The position numbers and the translations under genes are program-made. This document shows, piece after piece, positions 52,161 to 64,000 of a stretch of DNA of 64,000 nucleotides. Each line of letters begins with the position of its first letter. The stretch's first letter is position 1. The DNA comes from Phoronis australis (taxonomy: Eukaryota; Animalia; Phoronida), in NCBI GenBank assembly GCA_002633005.1, contig NMRA01000002.1, positions 1,519,023-1,583,022 on the forward strand. Reading direction: 5' to 3'. The notes below the pieces were generated by a model. The model had not been told where the DNA came from and did no database searches. It worked only from the letters and a program-made list of their open reading frames with translations.

Positions 52161-55100
52161 CAATAAAATCATTCCATTTGTACCAGACAAGTGAGTGAAA
52201 AAAAATTATCTAATACATATGACACTAGGGGGCTCCCTATTCAAAACAGAGTTGATTCTGGGGGGGGGGGTTGATGTCAGATAAGCACTCCACTGTGGGA
52301 TTAGCTTTTCAAGTATAGCCAGCCTATTTTTATTATAACAAGCCTATAGAGGGAAGACTGGTAGTACTCAACAAAGGAGCAGCATGGGTGTCTTTTCTAG
52401 TGTAGTAAATCAATTTTTGCCATTCCAAGACTGACAAGGCCCAACTTTTACTAAAGGGTTCAGCTTTTACAGAGTGCAATGTCAATAATAGATGGCACCA
52501 CGTATATTCTAAGCAGTGCTATCACTAGCAACCATCTTTTCCCTAATCCTCATCTGTAACACTATATGCAGACTGTTGACATAAACAAAATTTCACACAT
52601 ATTTTCGCCTAACAAATTGGATTGGACAAATACTGTGACATATGTCCGATTTGCAATGCGCTGCAAAGAAGAGCAATTATCTTCACATTGACTATTTAAT
52701 CAAATGACGACAAAAATTCATAATAAAAGTGGTACCTACTGTTGAGGGGCTAGCTTCGCCGTGAGTAGTGATAATAGCAGTGATGCGGCTGTCTTGAACT
52801 CCTTGTCTTCATACAACTGGTGAAACTCACGGTACTTGCCTGGAAAAAAATACTCTTTACTGTTCATACAATCGCTCCTGTCTTGTTCAGATCTAACTAG
52901 TACAGTAAAAACTTCCAGACTTGGACAGTCTGGATAATCTGAGATGCCGAAATTCAAGGCAAAATGGAATTTTGTTGATTCTGAAGTTTGGGTCATTAAC
53001 AGTAGAACCTTTTCCGTCCCTGAATGACAACATTGGTTTACACTGAAGCATTGCAACTGCTGCTCCTTTGTTGAGTCATCACCATCTGCCCTCTTTAGGC
53101 TTCCCTAGTCATAGTAAGCTGACTGGGCTGGTGTGAATGATTGTACAATAAAACACATATCTGGATGTTCTTAAACCCCCCTCACCGCCCTCCAATCAGT
53201 TTTCAATAGGGCACCACCTAATGGTCTTTCATGAACTTTACAATTGGCTCGACATTTACCAGTTGAATAAAATTATAGTCTAGAGAAAGTTTTTTGTAAT
53301 TACCAGTATGACTGATTAAAATCTACTGATTAAAAACTTATCAAAACTGATTACAGCAATTTAATATTAGTAATTAAACTGGTTGTAAAACCACGTTCTG
53401 TCAAAGAAACAACTTTTGATTTAGACCAGTTGTCACCATAAAACTGACCTCATGTTGTTCCTAGCTCAGATGAGATGTGGCTTCATGCTTGATGCACAAA
53501 ACGACATGTCATGACAACAAGACAACTTGTAGAGACTTGTCTCAAGTGATAATGATGTGTCAGTTGTTCCTAATTAGTTTCTGTGACAGAAGGTGGGTTT
53601 GTATGAGAGATGATAGTGTAAGTTGACGATCAGGTCATTACCTAAGAATGTTAGCCGGTTGCTAAGCAACATAGCTGGTCCCAGGTTATCAATCAAGTCG
53701 AGGTTGGTGAAACCCCCGCTGTCACTGTATTGACTGAGGAACCTGCAGATAAACACGAAAATCATATTGACTGGTTCAAATCTTTATCAAAAGAGGGTGG
53801 CCAGTTACGTAATATTTCATGTTTTCTCACATTATACAATGTACAAAACAAATACATGTAATGACAAGTGAAGGAAATGAAACTAATGTGCAGTAGAATT
53901 AACGAAAAATACTGTAAAAATGAAAACATGAGAAATGATAAAGGAAGACGTTGCAAACATGAAACGAAAGACTTACAGAAAAACAATTAAGTGGGAAGAA
54001 CAGTACCTGATGTTTGTTTCAAATCAGTTACGTGTTGTACATTCTTTGAGGCTGTGGACAAATAATATGACGGAGTGGATGGAAGTTTTACAACCAATGT
54101 TGGTCTTGGTGTGAATGTAGTTGAACAAGTCTTTGTAATCTTGGAGTGAATATCGCTCACAAAAGTGACTTAATGTGTGAGATATCTAGAAGCTATGTTG
54201 CACACATTTAAGTCGCGTCAGCACGCCATCTGTTGGCCACATCACGTGACCTAATAAATATAAATCCGACAAGATTTCTGCCCCGAGCGAGACTCGAACC
54301 CAGCACCTTCTGCTAAATGTGTAGATGCCGAAGGTCCTGATTTCGAAATTTGTTCAGACTTATATTTTTCAGGTCACGTGATGTGGCCAACAGATGGGGT
54401 GCAGAAACGACTTAAATTTTTGCAAAATAACTTCCGCGCCATATTGACAGACATTTTCATGTAAGAGCTAAACATGGATGTACTTAATGAGCAAGATGCA
54501 TTTTTGACAACTGAAGCACGCATCAAGCTTTTTCCACTCTCTTTGTCTTGAATAATGTGTTGACATATTCATTTCACACGACTAGGATCAGGAGCTGTGA
54601 TCATAGAATTGCAAAAATTTGTGTGTATTATAGACTGTAACGGAATGGACAACTCTTTTGCTTTGTTTGTCAATTTAGAATTAGGAGGTTGTACGAAATT
54701 GGTTCAGTTTAGCTGTCGATGTTGTATTCTTAACCAAAATGCTTCGGGTTTAAGAACATAAAAATCCTCATTTCGTCTGGAATTGTTATTGAATGAGTCA
54801 GCAACTCAAGTCACAACCAATGCATACATGCTCCATATTCAAATTCGCAAATTTAAGGATAGGCCAACCACAACAAAATTTGAAGTGTTTTCTTAATTTG
54901 CTGACAGTTTCAATGTTCCAGTTGGAAAAGGAAATGGAATCCTATCACAGCAAGAAATTGTGTCTTTATGAGAGTAAAATAGTCTCCTTATAAGTTTTCC
55001 TTTTTAGTCAGCTAAACATGGCAATATGCAGCTTCAAGACCTAGAGATCCATTAGTATTCTCAAACTTAAACATTTTACGATTTTTTTCAGTGTATTTGG

Positions 55101-58100
55101 TTTTATTTTTGAAGTGGTGATTGAACAATAAATTTGTTTCATTTTTCAAAAATTCTTGTTTTGAAGTATTTTCCAGAGTCACCCTGTATTCTCCCAGTTC
55201 ACTGTCTGTAGTTACCTGATGACTGACCTTTAACCTTTAAGCATGGTATCTCAAACCACGCTAATTCTTTGTACTAACAAGTCACGTAACCATTACACTG
55301 TCTCCTAACTATTGTGACGTGAATAAATCAAATATTACTTCTCCACAGTTTGAGGTAATTGTCTCTATTTTCAAGGGTAAAACTTAGCAAAAATCATAAG
55401 TTCTAACAGATGAATTGTATGTCAATAGTTGAAATTAGAATAAACGGAAAAACTATATAATGTGTGATTCAACATCATGTTGTTAATATGGAGCTTGTAT
55501 GAGTATTACTTTGTGTATCAATTCCATGTAATTGTCCAATGTGTTGACTCAGTGTAAATATCTGTATTGTAATGGATGTTTAAATAAGTGAAGACGTACA
55601 GACACACAGAACCACATGAGTCAATTAGTTATTAAGTAGTTCAGGCTTTCAACATTGATCACTAGTGTCAAAGTCAAAATATTGATCATATCAAAAACAA
55701 AGGATTTCCTAAATTCACTAAAATTTAGCTACAACAACGTATATGGAGTTTTCTCGTCTTATTTATTTACTTGGATCACAGAAGTTCCGTAAATACTAGA
55801 CAAATGAAATTAAATAAAAGTGCAAGTGGGAAACACTGATACCACGAAAAGTCGGAGACATATTTCATTTGCGTTCCAAGAAATGATAAAATGAAAGGCA
55901 ATAGTTGGATATAACGTATTCTGAGTCCATTTCATGCCCATTATTCAGTGGAAAAAATGATTCTCAAACCTCGGGCACGTCATATCCGACCATTACCAAA
56001 TAAAATCAGACGAAACATGAAATTCAATGATCATATGAATTTCACAACAATGCGCTCAAAACTGAATAGCCCAACAACACGTTAACTTCAACGTCACTTA
56101 CTTTTCTGAAATGTAAGTGGCAAAGGCCGCGTCCTTTGACCTCAGACACCATGACAACGCCGAGCCCATCCGCTCGTTTTGCAACGCCCGCATGCCCATA
56201 ATCTTACAAATACTGCGTGACTGGTCATAAAGTTCTCTCTGATCACAGAAGTGTAATAGTTTATGGGCCATTTTCTCACTGTTGATGGCTATGCGTTCGA
56301 TGTACTTAGCCTGGTACTGTCTGTAATGAAGAACATGGCTTCTTAAAGGAACACTAAACCCAGTTTTGATGACTCCACTCTTCCCACTCAATTTTATATA
56401 TTTCATTTGCCATGCATTACAGTTCTTAGTTTCCATGCGTTCACTAAGAAACAATTCTCATTTTCTACGAGTTCTATTTCCCATCAAAAGCACTAAACAG
56501 AATATAACTTTTACTTATTGAAAGCGATATCAGTCACCACATGAGTGGGCCATGATTTTCACTTCCCATGGGTTTGCCAGATGTTGAAACAATTTTTATT
56601 TTCTTGGTTTTCCACGAGGATTGGGAATGATGATTTGACCCAAGACTGATTGTGCCAAATGCGAACACTGCACTCTCCCTAGTTAACAGTCACATTTTGA
56701 TAAGAACACAACCTGCAGAACAATAAATTTTCATGCAACCAAAGCAGCTTGAGCGTTAATCGAGACCAATCAGCAAGATAGCAGAGCAGTACCTCCTCGA
56801 GTTGAATTTTACAAAAAAATCGTGATGATTAAGTCAAATTCGCATAAATGTTCATACTTTCCCACAAGTATACTTGAAATGAGTGAGCTGGTTTCTCAAG
56901 AATTTGATAAACTAGCCCGTTTATCAGTTCATCACAACTAACCTTCCAAATTCAGGACAGAAATCCAGGTATGAGAGACCAACTTGCCACAAACTGAAAA
57001 CAAATCAAATGCCAAATTAGATCTGGGCATATGCTGACTCGATCTGGACCAAATTTATGTTCGTTTCAATTATTTGAAACAAGTATTGCCTCACTTTAAC
57101 TACAGTCCACTTTGAATTTCGCCTCAAAACACCAAAATCTTGAATTCATTATGTAAACTGACTTTTGCTTTAACCCATGATTTTCAGGGGCCCGTGATCT
57201 GATCGCTGTACTCAGAACTTAAATCGAAAACTGACCATTAGAGCATAAGTTTCGACTCAGAGGGTCGTGAGTAAAATCAAGTTTAGATCCTGTGTCCTAC
57301 TGTAGAACAAAAATTACGTATTAATGACCTTGACACCTCCATTATTTTAAATTTCGTTTACCAAATGAAATTGAATAGTTTCGCAAATATCTTAGTAAAC
57401 TTTCATTCATAAAAATTAAAATCTTTTTGATAATATTTGCACCATGTTCTTTTGCAAACTGTTCCTTCTCCAGATTACAATAATGAAACATATTGGGTTA
57501 CTGCGTCATCAATAGCAACACATTCAAATATCAGGATAATTTGGTAGCAGCCCAAAAGACAATTTTTTTAACACAACAATGCTCACAATTAATAATTTTC
57601 AACCATATTTGCTCGAGCTCTCTGCTACTGACTTGCATCTACGAGAGGGTCATGATAGTTTGTCAAATATTCTAGTAAGCCTGTGCCGTTTTATTTATAT
57701 CTGAAGGCGAGACAAGAACAGTTTCAAAATATAGCTGTCATTTTAATCAATTAGTTTTTTATGTCTCTTGGCCGTTAGCTTTATCACTGCACTGCAAATG
57801 ACTATCAAAGATACAGATAGATCGAGTAAATATTTTTAAAAGTTCGTAACTGTGAACATGGTCATATGTTCAACAAATTTTGTCTACATTCAAATATACA
57901 TACATTCCTCAATTAATAATTTAACCGCTTAATTTAGTCAGGCAATGTAGCCCAGTCTGTCCGTCATTCTCTCACCAAAGCTGCAAAATTGCGTCACACT
58001 TTAATCTGTTTTCCGACACAAAACACAGTGACTTTCAGCAGAGCCAGATCACATGATGATACATACCTTGGATGAGACATGAGACTCGTAGCATAATCAA

Positions 58101-61100
58101 GCAACAGATACTCTCGCAGGTTGGATCCATAACTGTTGTAACAAAAAGAAAAGATTAACCGAGTGACAGTGTCAACACGTACATAAAATAAATACCATAC
58201 CAAGTGTCAACAATTTTTTTACAACAAGTCAAGAGCTATGTATGTTGACTGTGCTTCGATAAATTAGTCACAAGGAAATGGGCTTCACCACGCGATACGG
58301 CCATATATGGTAAGGCTAAGTCAAACAGCCATTACAATGGCATAGAGTAACTTTTCATTTAAAAATGAAGTAATTATTTGGCCTACTTTACTCCTCATAT
58401 GGTTTCTGCCTAAGATTTTGTCATAATCTTAACGGAGCTAAATGAACTTTCTAGTACATGTCAACTTATTGACAACTACAGTGTGCCTTCAATAACTCAC
58501 CCGGGCTCGTAAGACTCAGTATATCCTCAATAACTCACCTCAGTTTATAAGACTCCAGTTGTTGACAGTGATGTAGGTGATCGGCCAGATGAGCCACAAA
58601 CCACCAGTTACCAAACTTCTCACTGAAAACATGACAGACATTTTTTCCTTTGTTTTCACCAATTCAAAATACAAACTGAGTCTCGTCAATTGAAAGATAA
58701 TGTTAAAATGGAGACACGGCAAACGTTGCAGCTCTGTAATTGCATTTTACCATTAATTTTCCAAGTTTATCAGTAAAAGAAGTTCAGAATCATTTCACTG
58801 TAGTGGCCATTTCGTTGGCACTCCACTACAAATCAAAATATTGATGTTTGAGATTCTACGCTAAATTCTGGTTATTTTGACAAAAATTCTGACAGCCTTG
58901 AAAGAGCATCATTTGAAGACACACTTTAATCTAACTCGATTGCAGTAAGATTTGTTTCATGATTTTTTAAATGAAAGCAGTCACACAAGAAACATGGCGT
59001 CATTTCCACAAACTTCGTTCATGTAATATTGAAATTCGTGCTTAAACGTATGCTTAGCATATTTGTGAATACCGTGAGAATGAGTGAAGAAATATAGAAA
59101 CAAACATGTACGATCCAGTCAAACAAGATTGATCACATCATTAGCAGGTCAGTATTAGATGATACAAACACACAAAAGATGCACTTGATGCAAAAAAGAC
59201 AAATTGTCTCCTGGAAACTTACCTGAATTTCCATGAGATACAGAAACTATTAGTTACAAGTTTTAAATAAAAGGAGCCCACTGGCTCTGCAACATCGGAA
59301 AAAAAGTATCAAATGTGCATAAGTTTAGATTTGTAATTTGTACGCTCTAAATGGTTATGTTTTACATAATCTATTTTTGTTATGTTATGCAATAGAACAT
59401 CTATCCATTGTGCCAAGAAGTATGAAAATTCTTCACTTATTTAGCACACAATATGGCCGACAAGTGACATTTTGTTTTGTCAACATTCTCCGCAAAAATG
59501 AAGACGAAGAAAAATTTAGTCTATCATGGTTTATTGTGTGAAGATGTCATGAGGTAGCTTTATTGTAAATTTCCATTACACGCAATTCAGTAATCAGCTT
59601 TTGAAGAATGGAAAAATTAGAATTTTAGATATTACTTTTGTATGAAATAAGTGGAGAATGAAGATGAATGAAACCTACACTTACCTGCTCTCCTTAATCA
59701 GTTGGTGAACATCAAACTCCAGAGCGGCCAACAAAATAGAGTCTATAGGTTCTAGGGCAGCATTGCCTCCAAATGTGTCTATACACGGTTGAGAGTGGAA
59801 GTGAAGGTCAAATGCCTTCACGGTCGGGTATTGGTACAGCAGTTTGGATATGAGCATACTGTACCATGTCTCACAGAGGACATGGAGGTCAACGAAAACT
59901 GAGTCATCGCCACAGAGGATCTGTAACCAATCAAATGTCAAAAATCGCTCCACAAATAACATGTTCACATGGCTCTGAGAAACAGACAAAAATTCCAGTC
60001 TTAAAAATCCCCTCACAGGACATAAGAGTCAAGTCGAAAGTAATCAGACAAAATACTATTTACCCGTCATGACGGCTAATTCTGTTGACAACAAAATGGC
60101 TGGTTATTATTATTATAGGGGCAGAATTCTAATTACAGAATGACTCAGCCACCTTACCGACGTTCCCTAATCCTCACCTGATGGGGAATTCCAGGTCGTT
60201 TTGTTTGAATACTTTTGGTTTGTGCTATACCTGGCTGCTTTGCATCAGCCAAAGAAGTTTATTAAAAAGACAGCTGTTTAATTACCAATCAGTAATGAAC
60301 ACATGAGGTTACTGCCAGAAAATAGTTTACAGGGCATGCACAATAACTATGTTTCTAGAAAGTAAACATAACCCTGTAGGGGCAGTCAGCATGAGGAGAA
60401 AGCCACCATCTGTTTAGGTACTTAAAACAACCGTGTGAAAATTGTACATGTGAACGCAGTAATACAACGTCATGTAACTGCTTAACAATTCATATGGGTA
60501 AAAAATCCTGACAGAACTTTTTTGACAGAATGAAAAAGCTGTCCTTGGCATTGACCGACAAATTAAGTTTAACTAATTTTTCAAATTTGACAACAATGCT
60601 TGCACACAAAAAGTGGGTAACAATAATTGCAAGTCCAGAATTTTTGGGCTCATCTGCCACAGAGGTGAGTCAAAGGTAATGAAAATGATTTGACTAAAAG
60701 TTATTCGATTATTAAGAAATCCAAGCAGTGACTCACTCTACAAATAGTCAACAGGTGCTCATCCTGTTCAAAATAGCCATCTTCAAAACGTGCCAGTGCT
60801 TCGTCCTGCCAGTGACGCCACCTCAAGTCAAACTCACCAACTGACTGACTGCCGAATGACTGGAATGGAAGCTGAAGTTAGCCACAACTACGATATTTCA
60901 AGTCTCAAAAATATCTCAAACTGACCTAAAATTTTTCTGGACTTATGACCAATTAAAATGTCAGAATAGATTTATCAAATTAAGTTGCAAATAACTTTGT
61001 AGGCTTTGTTCATAGCTTAAAAAACTGTAGCCATGGCAACAGAATTTGACAAACAAGTCAAAAGCATTCTGTACAACTTTTAGAAGTAAGATGTATTTAT

Positions 61101-63834
61101 TTAGGCTAAAATCTATTCAATATTACAACACTTCTCTAAACGCTAAAAAAAACTGGCAGCTACTGAGTGAACAACCATACAATTAAACATTACCCAGCCC
61201 AGGTACCTGGATTTTTACAGTGAGAGAGTACATGACTCAAACAAGGGAAGACAATATTTTGTCCTCTCTGAATCGTGTGGTATGTATTAAAATGAAGTAC
61301 CAGTGTTTCAAAGTCTTCATTCAAGTCACGAGATTGTTATCATACCTCTGTGTAGGTCATGAGGCCGAAAACAATTGTATGAGAGAAATGATATTTAGCG
61401 TTGAATCTGTCACACACATACAGCAATCAACTGATAAAAGCGGAAAAGATATACTATTGAAACACAACCACATTTAGAAAAACAGGTAAAGAATATCTGT
61501 ACTCACAGAAAACTGTGGCATTTTTCTTAATAAATTTATTAGGGTCCTGAACATCTCTGTGCCTGCAGCAGAGTGCGAGTCCAGCAACTTGACAGCTTGG
61601 TCGATCTGGCCTCGCAGAACAAAGGTATGCACCTGCAACAGGACCAAGCATAAATATCCTAATAATTAGACTGGTAACTCCCTCTGGTGGTCTGATGCAC
61701 AAACACCCTATTGATAGCCAAAAGGCTTTCAATGCATAAAATGACGAGCCCTCAAGTCAATCTATCGAGCCTGGTTTAAAGCAATCAAGAATTATCAGTT
61801 CTTCTATCATGTTGCTGTCACCAGTGATAGCATGGTAATGGTGATGATGGCAATAATAGGACAGGTGGCCTCCTACCTTGAACATTTCTGTGTCTTGAAA
61901 GAGAGACGACGTTTCTAACTGTATAAATGCGTGCCTTGAGGTAATGACATGAGACCAACAGATGCACCGTAGCAAGCTCTAAATCTATTTAGATGTTAAA
62001 AAAGGGGGCCTTTAATCATTACCACCACCAGGTGAATATACAGTCCATGGTGTTGTCCACAAAAATTAAAGAATGAAACATAGGTGGTTATAGAGCATAT
62101 TCATATCCATAGCACTTGCCACTATAACAGCATTGTTACCTCAAGGCAAAGAAATGAGTTGACATGGCTTTACGACATCACTGAGAGAGTGAATACCTAC
62201 CGCAGCCCAGTAGTCATTGTGACTGTCAGGGTTGTCCTCCTGAAGAATGTCAGGCAACAGTCTCTCTGCTCCAGCAAAGTGTAACCTCAGCCAGTCAAGT
62301 AGCTTCACCATAAGGATACCACCTACAATACATAGTGTTGGGTGCTGACAACAGCACGTGTTTCTACAAGTTTTACAACTTCAGTTTGGCCAACTGAGAC
62401 AGACTTAAAAATAATTAAAATGGTCACTAGAGGGCCTGCGCACAATCTATCAAACCTGTCCAAAATTGGGAAGATGTCACCATTGTTAATTGAAACATAT
62501 TTGCCACATTTTGTAAAAATCAGGGAAGATACAGAGGCAAATGCAAAAAAAATGTGACCATGGAGATACAGAAGTAGTCGGCTCTGTCTGAAAGTCACTG
62601 TCAACTGCCAACAGTTTCTCGGGAACACAACTGCCAAACCTCAGAAACATCCTGCCAGCGGTTCAGGAGATACAGCAGCAGATGTCAGATGCCCAGACAG
62701 AAATGACGACATACATAAGAAATACCATCGGTATCACACAATAAGCCATCAGCCTCAGTGATTATGCCACACAACTATATCCACAAATGGCCATGTGGTC
62801 TCAGTGGTGATTTGTAATGCACTGCATTTAATAAGTACCCTGCCAATGTGATATAACTGTTATTATCCAACAGATAACTCTTATGCAAGCGGGCCCTCCT
62901 CAAGTTATTTAATAAGGACAAAGTAATATTAATTTAGTCTGTATTTTTGTTATTTATGATCTGAAGCCAAGATTGTCAAATTTTACAAATCTCAACTCAA
63001 AATTGACCAATATCAAACTATAAGTTTGAAATTTTATTGTTAGCAGCCCATTTAATTGGTCAGTTTATGACTCTAATAAAGTTTGGTGCCCCCAAAGCGT
63101 TCTATAATCTCATAAATTTCATCTAGGTGATGCTACAGTAATAAGCAGGTCAGACTCAATAATTACTAATGCACAACCAGATGTCTCCACAAACATCACT
63201 GCAGGTGAGTTTTCTAAACTCCTGTCTTAGCACAAGATGTCCATTACTCCAAATGATTTTTCCGAACACCTCACTTACCAGCAGGTGTCTCCACAAACAG
63301 TATTTGGGCCAGACTCCAGATGAGCTCAATTAATTCAAATAGCTGCAGTTGTTGTTCATAAACCCCAAGCTCGCCTGAGGTGCCTGTAAAAAGAAGTCAC
63401 TCTCTGAGCCATAATGAAACAACTCGTTTCAAACACAAAGCAACAAGTTTTAACACGTGTGTCCACTCTACTAAATGCACATAAAATAATGTGACGCAAA
63501 AGTGGAGCAATTTGAAATACTTAATCAGAAACTTTAAACTGTGATTCATCGTTGTCATGAATGAAAGGGATGGAAACACTGTTCTGTCATTAGAAATTTG
63601 CTGTAATGACAGTTCATTGTCAGTCATACTAGCTGTGAAGGGGACTAAAATGGCAGAGGTGGGGGTCTTTTGTCTGATTATGATTGGCATGTACCATTAA
63701 TAATAACTGTTTTATATTTTGTAAGATAGCCAGTAACTACGAGAGTGCCAGCTAGGGCCGTACCCATCGATTCCTTGAAATCATCTAAACAAGCCTTGAT
63801 GATAGACTGGTACTGACGGCCAAACTTGATGTAC
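36365..63834 (-). CDS. NUP85: Nuclear pore complex protein Nup85; 5'-partial, 13 exons in window
   Basis: Minus-strand exons 63764-63834, 63279-63383, 62201-62322, 61507-61632, 60737-60859, 59685-59920, 58539-58622, 58067-58132, 56943-56993, 56102-56320, 53642-53742, 52740-52839, 39641-39692, 37515-37625, 36365-36466 (15 segments listed). All GT-AG and phase-compatible. Motifs [88 protein letters not shown] and [18 protein letters not shown] match Nup85. Confidence 0.97.
38450..39645. repeat. Minisatellite, 41-bp unit, ~29 copies in two variants, overlapping the NUP85 exon donor
   Basis: Unit catgaagctcaatac(aagg|gtgc)acatacaatacatgtattacct. The last unit runs into exon 39641-39692. Confidence 0.97.
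41097..41203. repeat. Two-copy 60-bp tandem duplication upstream of PHYHIP-like A
   Basis: atcaacaaaac(a/g)catgacctgaaatgc(g/a)cttagttcaaa at 41097 and 41157. Confidence 0.85.
41314..43208 (+). CDS. PHYHIPL: PHYHIP/PHYHIPL-like protein A (FN3-like + PHYHIP_C), 2 coding exons, ~332 aa, nested in a NUP85 intron
   Basis: Exons 41314-41584 (G|GTCAGT) and 42481-43208 (ttcttccag|AA), phase 1, junction RA-E-YSKAQL. Motifs LYRNK, KDNNG...[41 protein letters not shown] and NPFL are typical of the PHYHIP family. The symbol denotes family membership, not proven orthology. Confidence 0.88.
46386..51877 (+). CDS. PHYHIPL: PHYHIP/PHYHIPL-like protein B, 2 coding exons, ~354 aa (344 aa if the ATG at 46416 is used), nested in a NUP85 intron
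   Basis: Exons 46386-46668 (G|GTGAGT) and 51096-51877 (tttgtttcag|AA). Same phase-1 junction RA-E-YSKAQM and same family motifs as gene A. AATAAA at 51886. Confidence 0.88.
46727..46885. repeat. Minisatellite, 25-bp unit, ~6.3 copies
   Basis: Unit tcaccaagtctaccccatg(g/c)cactg, starting 58 bp after the gene-B exon 1 donor. Confidence 0.95.
47622..48632. mobile_element. Old non-autonomous Kolobok-type element with ~400-bp diverged TIRs
   Basis: 47622-48040 is a diverged reverse complement of 48232-48632. Termini AGGCCT...AGGCCT. TTAA on the right (48633-48636), degraded TGAC on the left. Confidence 0.75.
49200..49955 (+). pseudogene. Kolobok transposase N-terminal remnant (THAP domain, Ser-rich linker, CxxC...C...H zinc finger), frameshifted, DDE core deleted
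   Basis: THAP: [10 protein letters not shown]...W...VCGEHF...LKKDAIPSV. Second frame: ...[11 protein letters not shown]. Third frame from 49803: [10 protein letters not shown]...[20 protein letters not shown]. Confidence 0.85.
49945..50259 (-). pseudogene. KolX / P2X7-ballast-like Cys-rich protein, 3'-truncated
   Basis: ATG at 50259 (aaaATGG). GYMFEPE...[27 protein letters not shown] fits the Y-x-FEP...WC-x-C-xx-C-xx-MP...EC-x-CC signature of P2X7-like Cys-rich proteins. Confidence 0.8.
52100..52157. repeat. (ATT)n microsatellite
   Basis: attattattatt... run. Confidence 0.9.
52221..53226. repeat. Pair of diverged ~165-bp inverted repeats flanking NUP85 exon 52740-52839
   Basis: 52221-52384 versus the reverse complement of 53058-53226 (actcaacaaaggagcagca is identical; aagccta.agaggg and ccctatt.aaaac.ga are shared). 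Confidence 0.75.
54171..54456. mobile_element. Palindromic MITE-like element with tRNA-like core and CTCF-like motifs
   Basis: Arms tttaagtcg...gcacgccatctgttggccacatcacgtgacct / aggtcacgtgatgtggccaacagatggggtgc...cgacttaaa. Centre contains GAAGGTGCTGGGTTCGAGTCTCGCTCGGGGCA on the minus strand. Confidence 0.7.
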
Positions 63835-64000
63835 CTGAAATAGAATGTAGTAATTTATCATAACACCTCAGGTCCCTTGAAGTTCGAAAACCTTATACTT
63901 AGATTCTGAATCGTATTAACTCATCTCAAACTAATGTTAAGAGCTGGCATGACAGTATATTTGCATTCAGGGTCACTTGGTTGCATCTCGTATTTAATAA

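Noticed and set aside
54279-54312. tRNA gene
   Set aside because: Only the T-arm and 3' acceptor half are present, with no D or anticodon arm, and it is embedded in a foldback repeat.
56342-56368. Kolobok-like terminus TTAAAGGAACACTAAACCC (similar sequence at ~30167)
   Set aside because: No matching opposite end was found, so no element can be delimited.
61876-61975. Duplicated alternative NUP85 exon (TEMFK similar to TEMFR)
   Set aside because: The match is only ~16 nt, with no good acceptor and no further protein similarity.

Overview
AT-rich animal genomic DNA with spliceosomal genes, most likely from a marine invertebrate; the species cannot be determined from the sequence. I reconstructed the exons by hand from splice sites and reading phase. 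The genes are: (1) a small TATA-driven secreted repeat-peptide precursor missed by the ORF track (CDS 6901-6956 + 7907-8087, +); (2) a complete 9-exon TMEM104 (16456-33153, +); (3) the 3' 13 exons of NUP85 (63834 to 36365, -; 5' end outside the window); (4) two PHYHIP/PHYHIPL-like paralogues nested antisense in one 13-kb NUP85 intron. Mobile DNA is abundant. There are three TTAA-flanked Kolobok-type elements: one retains THAP/zinc-finger transposase and KolX (P2X7-ballast-like) remnants and is nested in a MITE, and one has its own empty site next to it. There is also a MULE-like element with a 9-bp TSD spanning the 706-N gap, hAT- and mariner-like MITEs, a tRNA-SINE and a Penelope-like fragment with a mutated hammerhead ribozyme core. 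Three minisatellites lie just downstream of splice donors, and one of them multiplies the NUP85 donor context about 29 times.
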